From assembly GCA_012295275.1 (NCBI GenBank), contig CM022674.1, positions 9,796,001-9,860,000 on the forward strand: a DNA stretch of 64,000 bases, in the 5' to 3' direction. A model generated the notes under the pieces. That model was not told the origin of the DNA and ran no database searches. It saw only the letters and a program-made list of their open reading frames with translations. The DNA comes from Chrysomallon squamiferum. Taxonomy: Eukaryota > Animalia > Mollusca. Positions 14,833 to 58,707 of this stretch are shown one piece after another; position 1 is the stretch's first letter, and each line of letters starts with the position of its first letter. The position numbers were made by a program, and so were the translations under genes.

Positions 14833-15334
14833 TTGTGTGTGTGATTAACAACAAGGAGAAAATGATAATAACAGTCCCGATAACAACTACAGGGGTACAA
14901 CAACAACAACAACAATAATAATAATCATGCTGGTTTGTGTAAAAAGACATAAAGATAACAATTAGTCGTAAGAATAATTACTGCAGCTTTACACACATAC
15001 ACCATTAACATCTCGTTTTACAGGAAAACGTAAATAAAAATAACTTTTATAACAACTAATGTTATCTCCGAATTTATCTTTTTCACAGTCAAACTAATTA
15101 TTTCTGAAATATTTACTTCAAAATGTTTTTATTTGGCGGCAAGCGAAATTGATGACATCTTGTTTACGAATTCCACTACTTCACATTTTCATATACAAGC
15201 AATAAATATTAGTTTTATTAATGACTCACTTGTGTATTTTGATCTCTCTTCCGTGTTGTGTACAAAATATATTTAACAATAACATCATTTCTAAGACCAT
15301 GTCCATAAATTACGTTGTTTTTCCACCGGTTATT

Positions 15335-16260
<926 letters not shown>

Positions 16261-16860
16261 AAATTCTTTATCATTATTACTCCTATCACTAGTACTATCG
16301 TAATATTACCGCCTAAAATATTATTTTTATTCTGAGATTTACTACTACAGTAACTCCACCACCACCACTCCTACTACTACGATCAAAACTACAAACACTA
16401 CTATTATGACCAGAAATACTGCATTATTAGTATTTCTGCTATTACTATTACTACTGCTACTACTGCTATTATTACCACTACTACTACTGCTGCTGCTGCT
16501 GCTACTGCTACTATTACTACTGCTATCAGCACTTCTGTTACCTTAGTTATTAGTTATACTAGCAATACTGTTACAACTGCTGCTATTATTATAATAACTA
16601 CTACTGTTACTGTTACTACGACAGCTTCTGTTAAAATACTCATCAGACATTAGATTTATCTACTTATAAAATTTATACACAAATTACATATGATATATTT
16701 GTGTGCAGTTTGCATCTCTAGATTTTTGCAAATTATTTTTAATTTCTTTTAATGATTTTTTCATTTTCTTCAAATTTGTAATTTTTTTTTATTTTTTTTT
16801 CAGTGCTATAACATATGAACTGGATGTTTGATATTTATTCAACATCTAACACCAGTAAAA

Positions 16861-41641
<24,781 letters not shown>

Positions 41642-42700
41642 TGTTAAACCAGACAGTATTTTAGTTTTGTACATAACCTAGATAAATAAATACAGTCAAT
41701 GATTATCTTTAATAACCGATTGCACATGATTAGTCTGAGTATGCGAATGAATCAACGTGAAATAGCTGCTCTTTGAATTGAGTGGTTAATACCTTAAATA
41801 CAGCAAGAAATGTCACTTAGTAGCAAAATATTTGTTTCTAACTAAACAAAAACCCACCCAGAAACCCCATGTAAACATATATTTGATTTCCTTGCTGAGT
41901 TATGGTATTTTGTTTTGTTGTTTTTTCTTCTTTTTTTTTTGTATAACATTTTTTTACCAGTAAAACGAAGAAGAAAAAAAATTTAAACTTTATGTACATT
42001 AACATTTTTCATGTCAGTTTTATAGCTTTGGTTCTAGAGTATGGATACTAAGTTATTCTAAAATGGAAATGATTTTCTCTATAGTTATAATTATTTATTA
42101 TGTCATTCCATAAATACATAATAATGTGTACTTGTAGAAATTGTTTCTTAAAATAGTTTTGCAAAAATATTTGTTCATGACCAATATTTAACAAACGTGC
42201 AATAAATCATATTTTAACTATGCATAACAAATAAAATGAGAAAACAAAACCTGACACTTTTAACTATTTATTTTATTATATAATTTTAATAGAGCTTATC
42301 AAAATAGAAATTTTTTATTTAAATTTTATATTCCTTTTCACATTAACAAAAACACAAATGTAATATTTTTTAAATCACCACAACCCCCAAAAATATATTT
42401 TAAGCTGGAATGCTGATTTGAAAATATTTTTGTAACAGTTAATTACTGTCATTTGTGACTGAACTAAAACATTTCAGTCAATAAAAATTAGTTGGAACAG
42501 CACAATCCACAAAAATATGTTTATCCAAATTGTTTTTAAAGACAACAAAGAAAAAAAAATCTGATGAGTTGATATAATTCATGGACAGCTTTAAAGCTCA
42601 ACAAAAATAACAATTGTTGTTCAAATACCTCAATACAGCCATAAATTAATCAATGAGATTACTGAATAAATACATATAATATCTATCTTGTTATTTCTCG

Positions 42701-45700
42701 TCATCTACATTTCCATGCATTCATGTTCAGCGAGTCGAGATGTTTCACTTGACTTGCCTTCCACCTGAACCACACAAGACCAATGATGACACAGAAAACA
42801 GCCTCGATGTAGTAACCATCTACAGAAGTCACACAGCGCCCACCTGACAAATGACAATTCTGAAAACACAATTTTAACTCATAATTTATTTACTCTGAAA
42901 CTTGTCCAATAATGTTTGGAAACTTCTGTATTGAAACAAATGTACATGTATGTTACAGATGATGAGAGAAAAAATCTGCTGCTACATCTGTCTGTTCCTG
43001 TTTTAACTATTCTTAAATCTTCAGAAATGAATTATAAACATGGATTCAAGTTAATATGTTTATTCAGATCAAGTGAAAAGTGCTAAGGTTTTAGGATTTT
43101 ACAAATGTTCACCTTTAACTCCTCTGCTGTATTACAACTTCTTTCAGTTCTCGTGCATGTCTTCCATGTGAGAAAGTCTACAAGTGACAGGGCAAGCGTA
43201 CTTGGCCAGTTACCTCCTGTAAACATTAATACAAACAGTTAATTTATGAAATTATAAATATAAAGACCACCAATTTAAAATTTGAAATTAAATGTAAAGA
43301 GGAATATATTTTTTAAATCATTAAAAAGGAATAATATTGAAAATAATCTTTTTATCAGCAAAAAGTAAAAATATTTTGGAGTGAACGACAAACTGATCCA
43401 TCCGGTAGTGAAAATGCCTGTTATTAATAACAATAATTAAAAAAAAAACCTGTGCAAACTGAAGAATTAATTTTACTGTGGTGTAGATTAGAAAGAAAAA
43501 AATAATAAAAAGAAATAATAATAATTTTAGTTTACCTAAGTTGGCAAGAGTATTTAACAAAGTCATGTAAGTTCCACCAATAGCTGGATCACTGATCTTT
43601 GCTGCAAACGCCATTGTAGCAACAAACATACTGTAAACAAATACCTTAAAAACAAACAAAACAACAAACATACTGTAAACAATTACCTTAACAACTATAC
43701 TGTAAACAAATACCTTAAACAAACAAAACAACAAACATACTGTAAACAAATACCTTAAAAACAAAACAACTATAGTGTAAACAAATACCTTAAAAACAAA
43801 CAAAACAACAAATATACTGTAAACAATTACCTTAAAAACAAAACAACTATAGTGTAAACAAATACCTTAAAAACAAACAAAACAACAAATATACTGTAAA
43901 AAATACCTTAAAAACAAAACAACTACAGTGTAAACAAATACCTTAAAAACAAACAAAACAATAAATATACTGTAAACAAATACCGTAAAAACAAACAAAA
44001 AAATAAATATACTGTGTAAACAAATACCTTAAGAATGAACAAAACAATAAATATACTGTGTAAACAAATAACTTAAGAACAAACAAAACAACTATAGTGT
44101 AAACAAATACCTTAAAAACAAACAAAACATAAATATACTGTAAACAAATAACTTAAGAACAAACAAAACAATAAATATACTGTAAACAAATACCGTAAAA
44201 ACAAACAAAATAACAGATGACACTGAAAACATGTGACAACATTTAATGTACTAGCAATTAAAATATTAAAAAGTAATGAAAATTTGTAAAGTAACCTATT
44301 TCCATAATATCTCTAAATTGTTTGACAGAAATTTTTCAAAATGTTTTTTCTTTCAAATATTAAAAGTTACTTATTTATTCTATTTTGCTATAATTATTAT
44401 TATATGTAATTTTTCTGTAAAAGAAAAAAGGTTTTTGTAAAGCTAAATCCACTAAATGTTCTGACTGAAAGTATTAAAAGAGCTTACCTGATGAACTGCA
44501 TAAATGACAAGAATAACAGCGTAGAAATACCAAGGAAATTCTCCTGGTACAACCTGAACTTTGTTTGCCCAGTACACACACAATGCATACACTATACCTA
44601 GCAAAACTCTGCAAAATAAAAACAAAAAGAAAAATGAGATTATAAAGTGAATTATTTATTAAAAAATAATTTATTATAATAATATGAAATGTTAAAAAAA
44701 GAAACTGTGTAACAGACATAAATATTAAATTATAATTTATTAATAAATATGTAGATATGTATAATACTGAAAATCAACCATAGTGTTATTAAAATTTTAA
44801 TACTTTTTAAATTTCAACGTTTGTTAAAAAACAAATAAAATAATGAGTGCAGAACAAAAGTTACTAAATGCTGGGTGAATCTTCTTATATCATTGATATG
44901 TAACTCAGGAATGTCTAATGATAAAAAATTAAAAAAATTAAGATAAACTGACACATTGTTGCCAGAAATTGAATACTAAGTGATCATTTTTTTTTTTCTC
45001 TTAAAGTTAAATATCCAAAGAATTAAAAGCAATATGTAATCTACAGTTGTGAAGAATCAGTGTAGTTTTAGCAAGTAAAGTTATCTGTCACCTGTATGGC
45101 ATGGCTTTCAGGAACACATTGAGTGGTCGTGGACCTGCAGTATACTTGCTGATGATCAGTGCTAGAATTATCTGAAGAGGAACCATAGGAACAGCAAACA
45201 AAGCCAGAGTTTCCTTCCTTACTCCTGCCTCAATCAGCTTCAAACCAGTGAGAGCATCAGCAGCTGTAAATCCAATCTGTTCACAACATTAGAATAATTT
45301 TAAATACCTGGACCTTTTTAAAATAATCTAAAATTCAATATCTTCAGTTATAACATATATAAATTAAGGAAGAGAAAAAAGAAAAAAATCCATGAGAATT
45401 GAAAAACGTATCTATAAAATATTATTATAAAAACTATTTATACAGTCATCTGTCATACCCACAGACATCTTTTATACACTGAACATTCAAAAATAATACT
45501 ATTTATTACACAATTTAAATATGTAAAAATGTGTTTTCTTATTTAAAATTGATGTTTACCACTGAATGCATGTTTTCAAAATAATATATAAATGATATAT
45601 ACTGGATTGGAACAAAAACAATAGCATTTTTTAAGAGAAATTCAAAGACACTATTTAGATATTTCTACATAATTTTATTCAACCACACGTGCCATTTTGT

Positions 45701-47471
45701 TCCACTACATTTCACCATCTTTGAGACATGTAAAAATGTACTTACTTTACAGGTGAGGAGTATAAAACAGTAAGACATGACTGAGGGAAGCCGCATAACT
45801 CTGTACAGCGTCTTGTACGTGTTTATTATTCCCTGATCTGGATCAACATCTGGATCATGGGTTTCACTTTTAAATATCCAAACCAGGGTTGTAGTTACAA
45901 AAAAAACAATTCCCCAGAAATAAAGGAAACCTAAAAATAAAAATGATATGTAATAAGTGTTAGTCGTAATTTCTGAATTGTAACTTGAATATTTATATTA
46001 GTGAATTTATTTATTTTTCTTCTGCAATTATCACTGATGTGTACACATACACACAGACAACTATGCATATCATATCAATATTAATTAAAATTATTAAAAT
46101 AAATAACAAATCCTACATGCTCAGGTTCTGTACATCCTGACATAAATACAAATATAAATATTTTAGACTAATAAAGACTATGAGTATTAAACAGAGTACA
46201 AACCTGCCAAAGTGACAAGTCCTACATCCTCAGGTTGAGATCTCAGATATCTATTACAGAACTCTGCTGATTCCAGGGCCAAAAATACAACGTTGCCGAG
46301 AAAATAGCCAGCAGTTTGACCTGCAGAATTACATGTACTCGCCCATCCAACATTTTTCCTATAATTTAACATTAGCAGTAAAAGAAACAGCTTATCATGA
46401 AGTAAATCAGCCAAAAGTTATTATATTCGCAAAACACAATCATTCATATAATTTACTAGATAAGTGTAACTACTACAGAAAAGACGACATCACTGAAACT
46501 ACTTGTACAGGCTGTACTTTCAGTAAATGAAAACTTTTTATGGGATTATTGTAATATTAACAAATAATTTATAAGATTGAAATAATAAAATTTAAAATTC
46601 TAATTAGTATGTTATTTTAAACATTTTATTTAAAAGATATCTTTGGTATCCTAACATTTAAATTTTTAGAAAAAAAACTTTGTTTTAATTTAAAATAATA
46701 ATAATGTCAAATTAACTGAATTCATCTCTAAACGAATTAGGCAATCGTACACATTCTGTTAGGAATTTTTTATTTCTGGAATGGCATAAGCTTCCTGATT
46801 TTGATATTTTATTGTGTTTTGGGGTTTTTTTAATAAAAAGAATTTGAAAAATATACAAAATATATATTTTTTAACTAACTGTAAACTCACCTAGATAACA
46901 TGGTCAGTGCCCAACCATCTACAGCTATATCTTGAGTAGCAGCAAGGAAATTCAACATAAAGAAAATTGATGTCAACAACAAAATATTAACTGATGCACT
47001 TTGGTCTGAATCTCCAAGCACATCAGTCACATGACCTGACAACACAAACATGAATATTCCAATGAGATACTGAGTGGGAACCAACCAAGTTTTTCTCCGT
47101 CCAAAGTACATGCTGTATATGGAATCAACAAGTGGTGCCCAAATCAGTTTCAGACTGAATGGCCAGTAAACGAAGCTGAACACTGCCTGCTCCTTATAGC
47201 TGACCTTTCTACTGGAAAGTAACATGGGAATACTCCCTGCCAGGCCAAGAGGAATTCCCTGTAGTACATACAAAAACATAAGTAAAGCAATACTTCCATA
47301 GTCACCTTTAAGTGAGCCATTATGACGATGGTGAATTTCATCATCATCACCATCGTGGACAACACTGGCTGACATTGGAATGTGTGGATACACAGCGTTT
47401 GTTTCTAGATCAGGCTCCTGCACATAGACAGCACTTCGTCTTCTCACAGAGTTTGAGTTAGTGTTTGACAT
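42701..47471 (-). CDS. SLC33A1: Acetyl-coenzyme A transporter 1 (AT-1), 8 coding exons, ~532 aa
   Basis: Exons 47471-46891, 46358-46204, 45930-45746, 45276-45092, 44608-44488, 43644-43536, 43216-43113, 42859-42701 are all GT-AG and phase-consistent. Motifs LYVLQGIPLGLAGSIP, WPFSLKLIWAPLVDS, FLAATQDIAVDGWALTMLSR, NVGWASTCNSAGQTAGYFLG, SDPAIGGTYMTLLNT, DGYYIE. Confidence 0.97.
43620..44210 (-). repeat. ~15-copy 27-44-bp tandem array made of the SLC33A1 exon 6 splice acceptor plus the first exon bases
   Basis: Minus-strand unit TTTTGTTTGTTTTTAAG|GTATTTGTTTACAGTATGTTTGTTG. The last copy is the predicted real intron/exon junction at 43645/43644. Confidence 0.95.
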
Positions 47472-48655
47472 TTTTTTTATTAAATGACTTAAAGTCTGTG
47501 CTAGCTTGATTAATTTCAGTTTGAATAATTTTAACATGAAATGTAAACAATCAGGCACCTTTTAACTGGCATCATGTTGTATCTGAAAGTAAATAATTAA
47601 ATTATTAAAATAACTGTTTATTATTCATCCTGCAAAGATGTGAAAAATACAAATCACATAAACTGAAGATTATTATGCATGTCTGAAGATAAGTATCTGG
47701 GAAACAAACTCACTGCCAGCTCACTATTGATCTTTGAGCAGACTTTATTTATAATTTGTTCTGCTGTGAAACAACCAGTGACCTACTTTGTTCTAATCAT
47801 AAAATAACACAAAACAAACATATCAGCAGCATCAAATAAAATACATATTTTTATCTGGCAGTGAATTACCAGAACTGATCAAATAATGTGTTTTCATTCA
47901 TCATTTATTTCATACAATGATACTTTGTAGCTAATGAGTCACCTCTGAATATTAAAACACTTTTGAAGGATTATATTTTACTTTTTATGATAAAAACTAT
48001 GAAGAATGAACTTTGAACATTGTGATATTCATGTCAGCATTCATAAAAATATATATTTTTTAAAATTACCATTCTTTATGACTGAACACATTTCTGTGAT
48101 TAAATTATGAATTATATATAATCAATGGTTCCCACTACCTGATCACATTACATTTTAAATCAACCATTGTTCTGATGCTTGTTTGATCACGACTAATTGT
48201 TTAAGTATCATACAAAGAGAAAAAATATATATTCATATACGAATATTCACTTATACTGCAGTGTGCATAAGCCTGGAAAAAGTAATATATGTCTGCTATA
48301 ACTTATAAGGAGAAAACTTTCATACCACTTGCCAGTAACATGATAATTTACTTTTGTTTTTGTTTCTAATTTTTTTAATTACCATCTGAAAAATTAAGGA
48401 TGCTTATACTAATTTAATAACTGCTACTAGTAGTAACTCAACTACTTAACTCTTAACTCAGCAATAACTGCGTTTAGGAACGCTAAAACTAACTTGTAAA
48501 ACAATGTCAAAGGAGAAAATATTTTTATAAACAAAGACATTTCTTCACCATGAATATTAAAAATGACCTCGTATTATTAACGAAAACATTCTGATTGCAT
48601 ATGCTTCACTTTTAAAGTATATTCAAATGTACGCTATCACAACAACCGCTTCTAC

Positions 48656-48842
48656 CTATTTCAGCATCTGGTATAGACTGTAAACAAACGTGGCACACGA
48701 TCCATGGCCGGTGAAGGGAATTTACTCTAGCACTGGAAGGGACATTACTCTAATTCGATAGTCTTCTTTAATCGACGAATCACGTTTCGATACTTTCATC
48801 AGCTTCTGTGGTTCTGATGACATTCTAAGTTTCATTGTCATC
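48656..48842. promoter_or_regulatory. Putative compact bidirectional promoter / 5' UTR region of SLC33A1 (-) and SCO1 (+)
   Basis: Minus-strand donor AATAG|gtagaa at 48656/48655 could splice to the acceptor at 47583 upstream of the SLC33A1 ATG. SCO1 ATG is at 48843. CpG is locally enriched. Confidence 0.6.
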
Positions 48843-51800
48843 ATGGATGTTGTTGCGAGGCAGACGCTAAATCGTACCTGTTTTGGATGTTTCTTGAAGA
48901 TACATCCGTTATGTAATGTGAGGGTGCGACCACAGACAGTATGGGCAAAACGACTGCATTTAAACAAGGTCAGACAATAAAGAAAAATAATAAGTTTAAT
49001 TTTTAAACATTTTAAAGATTTATGGGTAAAAGTTATGCATAATACTTATAAACTTATTAGATGTAAAGAGCATTAAGAAAGAAGTGTTGTATAATTATGA
49101 AGTGTCATAACAGATTCTTTTGGTTAAGAAAAATAATATTTTTTAGAACATAAATATTTTTGTAAAATGTTTTCATCGAAAATGATTTTAAAATAATTTG
49201 TGAAAATTGTCTTACTAGTCATATCTAGAGTTGTTGTTGTTGCATAATACACATTATTATAATGCTAACGAACATTAAATTTTTTTTAATCGAGTTGGTT
49301 AAACATAATAATTTCAACTAAATAACATTTGGTAACTAGTCATTATGTCAGTTTCTGATTTTATGATAATCCATATGATAAAAAAAAAAAAAAATACATT
49401 TTGGTAAATTTTGACATTAATAATGATAAATAAGAAAAATATATAAAGAAAAAAAGAAAAATAATAATAATAAATAATAAAAGATTTAAATCAACAGCCA
49501 GCTTTTAAAATAAGTAAAATTTTAGATAAGCTTGTAATTAGTCAAATATATTCACAAAAAAGAATAAAAAAATTTAATCCTAAAGTGGATAAGTAGTATT
49601 TTTTTTTATTTGATCTTATTTTAAATAGAATTATTCAAGATTGCATTTTTTATTTTTCAGATTAAAATGGTTATGAGATATGAATGAGGTTATTCAAGTA
49701 TATATTTGTTAATGATTGATAAATATACTTTAGTTTACACTTCAGAAAATGAATGTGTATATTTGTCTTTCAATGACATGTAGTTGCTGACCTTGAACTT
49801 TATATAAATTCATATGACTTTTTGCCAGAAAAATAAACAAGAATTGAAAAACTTAACAATAATATATTATTATAAAAACTATTTATACACAGTCATCTGT
49901 CAAATTAAAAAAAATCTATATTACTCTTTATATTTTTAAAATTAACTTGTTACAGCTGATAAGTATATTAAAAATTACATTTAATATTTTGTTTTTTTCT
50001 TTTTCTTTTTAATGTTTTAGATAGAAAACCAGAAACCTCTGATGTCAAAGAATGGATCTCAAAATGGTGGAATTTTGAAATCTGTGCAAAGACGTTTCGC
50101 TTCTGAGAGTGCTCCACCAAAAAAAGACAAGAAAAAAACTCTAGTGGTATAATTAACTCAACAAAATAACCATCCAGCAGAAAAAGTTAACTTTAGTAAA
50201 ATAATTTACAGTATTCTTTGCTTTTTCTTGAAAAACAATATTTATCTGTATGATAATTTATTACAAACTGAATATTTGTCAATTTTATGATTAAGAATGT
50301 AACTGTATTTAACATTTACTGCAGCTTTAGCAACATTTTGTGTTTTTCAGCCTCTCACGTGGAAGAGTGTCTTATTTTTTGGAATTGTTGGAGGAATTTC
50401 ATATCTTGGTGTCCGATATGTGAGGAAAGAGAAAGAACTTCGTAAGAGTCAAATTTAATAAACAGTTGAAATAAAATTTTCTTTGTGATAAAGTTTAATG
50501 TTAAACAGTTGGATCTGTCTCTGTGATAAGTTTTGTGTCTTTGCTGTGATGATGCAATATTACAACTGTAACCTTTAAAGGGTGCCAGCAATGAGACAAA
50601 CAAAGTGATAAACATCCTTTCATTGTATTAAAATTTTATAAATCTATATTTAATTCTTCTTTTTTAAATTATATAAGTACTTTTTAATTATTTAAAAATA
50701 TATATATACTTATATATGTTATTAGGAGTCTTTATTATATGAAGTGCCAAACTCTGACCCGCATTACAAAATATTATTTTTGTTTGTAAATTGTTGTTAT
50801 AACTCAGTTAATTTTATTCATTTCCACAACTTTTCAAATAAATAAAAATGATTGACTCTTATAATAGATTTTAAAAACATTTTAAATTAAACTTTGAAAT
50901 CATCAGTACAGACATAAACTTTCCACAAAACAGTTTTTTAATATTTTCTTTTCAGAAATGGCACAGGAAAGAAGTAAATCTCTTGGTAAGGCAGCCATTG
51001 GGGGTCCCTGGGAGCTGACCGACCACGATGGTAAAAAGAGGACTAGTGCCGACTACCTCGGAAAGTGGGTTATCCTGTACTTTGGATTTACTCACTGCCC
51101 TGATGTGTGTCCAGAAGAACTGGAGAAACTAGTGGAAATAGTTAATACTGTTGGTATGTGTTAACTTAGTGTGCCAGATTTAAACACACAGACTTGAATG
51201 ATGTTATATTTTTCTTACATGATGAAGAATCTTTTGTTATGCTGTGAATATATTTATTTTCAAAAGTAGTTATTGGTGACATAATAATGGTTAAAAAAAT
51301 AATAATAATATTAATAATGAACAATCCACGAATCCACCAAAACAGATTAATTAATGTAAAATTTCTTAATTTATATACAAAGTGAATTAGTAATGGTCAT
51401 GGAAACTGATTAAGATTCTAAGAATAACGTAATAATTTTTAAATATTTATGTCTGTAGATGGTATGGAAGCTCTCCCCAATGTTACACCTTTGTTCATCA
51501 CAGTGGACCCAGACCGAGACACACCGAAGGTGATAAAAGAGTACTGTGCTGGTAAGGCAGACTGTTTTCACTGTTCACACTCTTTTATAATTTGAAAATA
51601 CCACATTTATTGTTTTAATTATTTTAATCTGTTTAATATTTACCAATCTGAATTCAAGAAACTTTTTTTTATAAAAATGAAACAGTGACAGCCAAGTCAT
51701 AGAGTTCTGATTTTGTGTGACTGTTTTTATATGTAGAATGTGGTGTTTCTGTGACTATGAGTGTATTATTCATCAATTAATTTTTGCTTCATGAAGATAA

Positions 51801-52473
51801 AAAATGTTGTTTTTTCTTGTAGAGTTTTCTCCAAAGCTGCTTGGATTGACTGGAACACAGGAGCAGATTGACAGTGTGACGAAAGCTTACAGAGTGTACT
51901 ACAGCATCGGGCCAAAAGACGAGGATAATGACTACATTGTATGTACTCAGTTTTAAAACAGTTCTCATTATTTATATTTTTCTTTTGCTCTGTGTGTGTG
52001 TGTGTGTGTGTGTATGTGCTTAAGTATTGTTTATCTAATACTCATGGAACTAGAAGATTCTTGTATTTTTAGAATTGTTTGAATGGAAGAGAAACGATGT
52101 TTGTTTTGATTAAATTATCACAACTTCAGCTGCCATAAAAATGTATTTGTTCTGTTGTTTATCATGTTGAAAGTATTTATATTGTCAATTTCATAAATAT
52201 TTTTTTTAACTAAGATAATATTAAGAATATTGTGTATTTTGAAAATGTATCTTAAACAAATAGGTTCATAAATTAATTAAAAACAAAGTTTGTTCTATCG
52301 ACTGCATTTGATTAATATTGTTATCAATGTTTCAGGTGGATCATTCTATCATTCTGTACTTAGTGAATCCAAAAGGAGAGTTTGTTGATTATTATGGTCA
52401 GAACAAGAATGCTCAAGAGGTGACAAACAGCATCATCATGCAAATGCATAGATACGACCAGATCCATAAATAG
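48843..52473 (+). CDS. SCO1: SCO1/SCO2-family mitochondrial copper chaperone for cytochrome c oxidase, 7 exons, ~295 aa
   Basis: Exons 48843-48968, 50021-50146, 50351-50441, 50956-51153, 51459-51551, 51823-51938, 52336-52473. Arg-rich presequence, one TM ([15 protein letters not shown]), [25 protein letters not shown] (CxxxC), [35 protein letters not shown]. Confidence 0.96.
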
Positions 52474-53966
52474 ATTTTTGAAACATTGACATTTATTATT
52501 ATTTAGTGATATGACTTTTTGTTTTAAACATTTAAAACAAGACTGGATCTTGTAATCCTAGAATGTCTTTTTTTTTGGTTTAATAACAATAACAGTGTAT
52601 ATGATTTCATGTTGTCATTGCCAGACGACTCAGTTTTGTACCTAAGTGTATTCCACAATCACTAATTACTATTACCATGTCACTATAAAAAATATTTTAA
52701 AATAGATGAAGATAAAAATCAGATCTATTGTTTAATGTACATAACTATTTTTTCAAAATATTGATGACTATGATAATCTATTTGCAGAAGACAGATTATA
52801 ATTATACAATTTATCATTTTACTTATAGAATACATGGTAAGTTAAAGAGGAAAAGAAATAATCATGTGATATATTGAATAGTGTACATTTTAAGTATTAA
52901 AAAAGATTTGTATCAGATTATAAATTTCATCATTATAGATATAAACATTGTAACAAATTTTTCAGTAATAGCCATACAGCATAGATTAACAAAATATAAA
53001 TAACTACACAATAAATCTCTGCTTTTATTTAGGACTTTCTTGTACCAATGATCTATATATCTGTATACTAATTAAATCACATTTTGTGCATTTGTTTTAA
53101 GAAATATAAAACATTTTTTAACAAATTGTGTTTGTTTGCTTCTATACACATACAAATACATCAGTTTATTGCATATGAATTTATTTTTACAGCTAATCAT
53201 AGTGTGTAAACATTCTAACATTAGTTTTAATTTTTGTGTGTAAATGTCAGTTACAACCCACCCAGCCAACCACTGAAGAAAACGTAACGGCAACCATTTT
53301 ATGCTTTTATCCACAACAAAAATAATTTTTTGAGTAGTATTGATCAGAAATTAGTAGCCCAAGTTGTTTTTTGTTATAAATTCATATCTGACATCAAAGA
53401 AAATGTTACCAATCATGTATACAGAGAAAATTTTAATTACAAAAACAAATTCAGTGCAGCTGAATGTACTTTTTAGAATTCTGAATATAGTGGCATTTAT
53501 TTTTGCTTCAACACAAGAGGATGCTGTTATTTAATGTGTGAAATTTCAGATACACTGAAAACTGGTTCAATGCAATGGCACAAAAGAAAAATAGAACATA
53601 ATTTTGCACGAGTTAAATTAACTTTGATTAGTTAAAACAGAGAGTCTCCATATTACTCTTTGGCCTTTTTGCACATTTTGTTAGACATTTAAACAGCCCA
53701 GTCAGATTAAATTTTTATTATTTAACCTATTTAGTTAAAACTGAGAATATTGTGTTGAATTCTCAACATTATAAAAAGTACTCAGGCTGATTCAAGTTTA
53801 ATTATTTTTCTATCCATGGGATAAAACAGAAAAAAAAACATGAAAAACAAATGAAGATAAAACTTTAACATAATCATTTACTACACAAAGTTTGGAACTA
53901 ATTCAAATTTTTATATGAAGAGAACAGTGCACACGAGTTGTTTGTTTTAATCTTTTTTTCAGTGTG

Positions 53967-58707
<4,741 letters not shown>

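Noticed and set aside
47472-47558. N-terminal extension of SLC33A1 suggested by the ORF track
   Set aside because: The track's start is a GTG. An in-frame ATG (MLKLFK...) exists, but AAAATG at 47471 has better context and gives a typical length. Left as probable UTR, not excluded.
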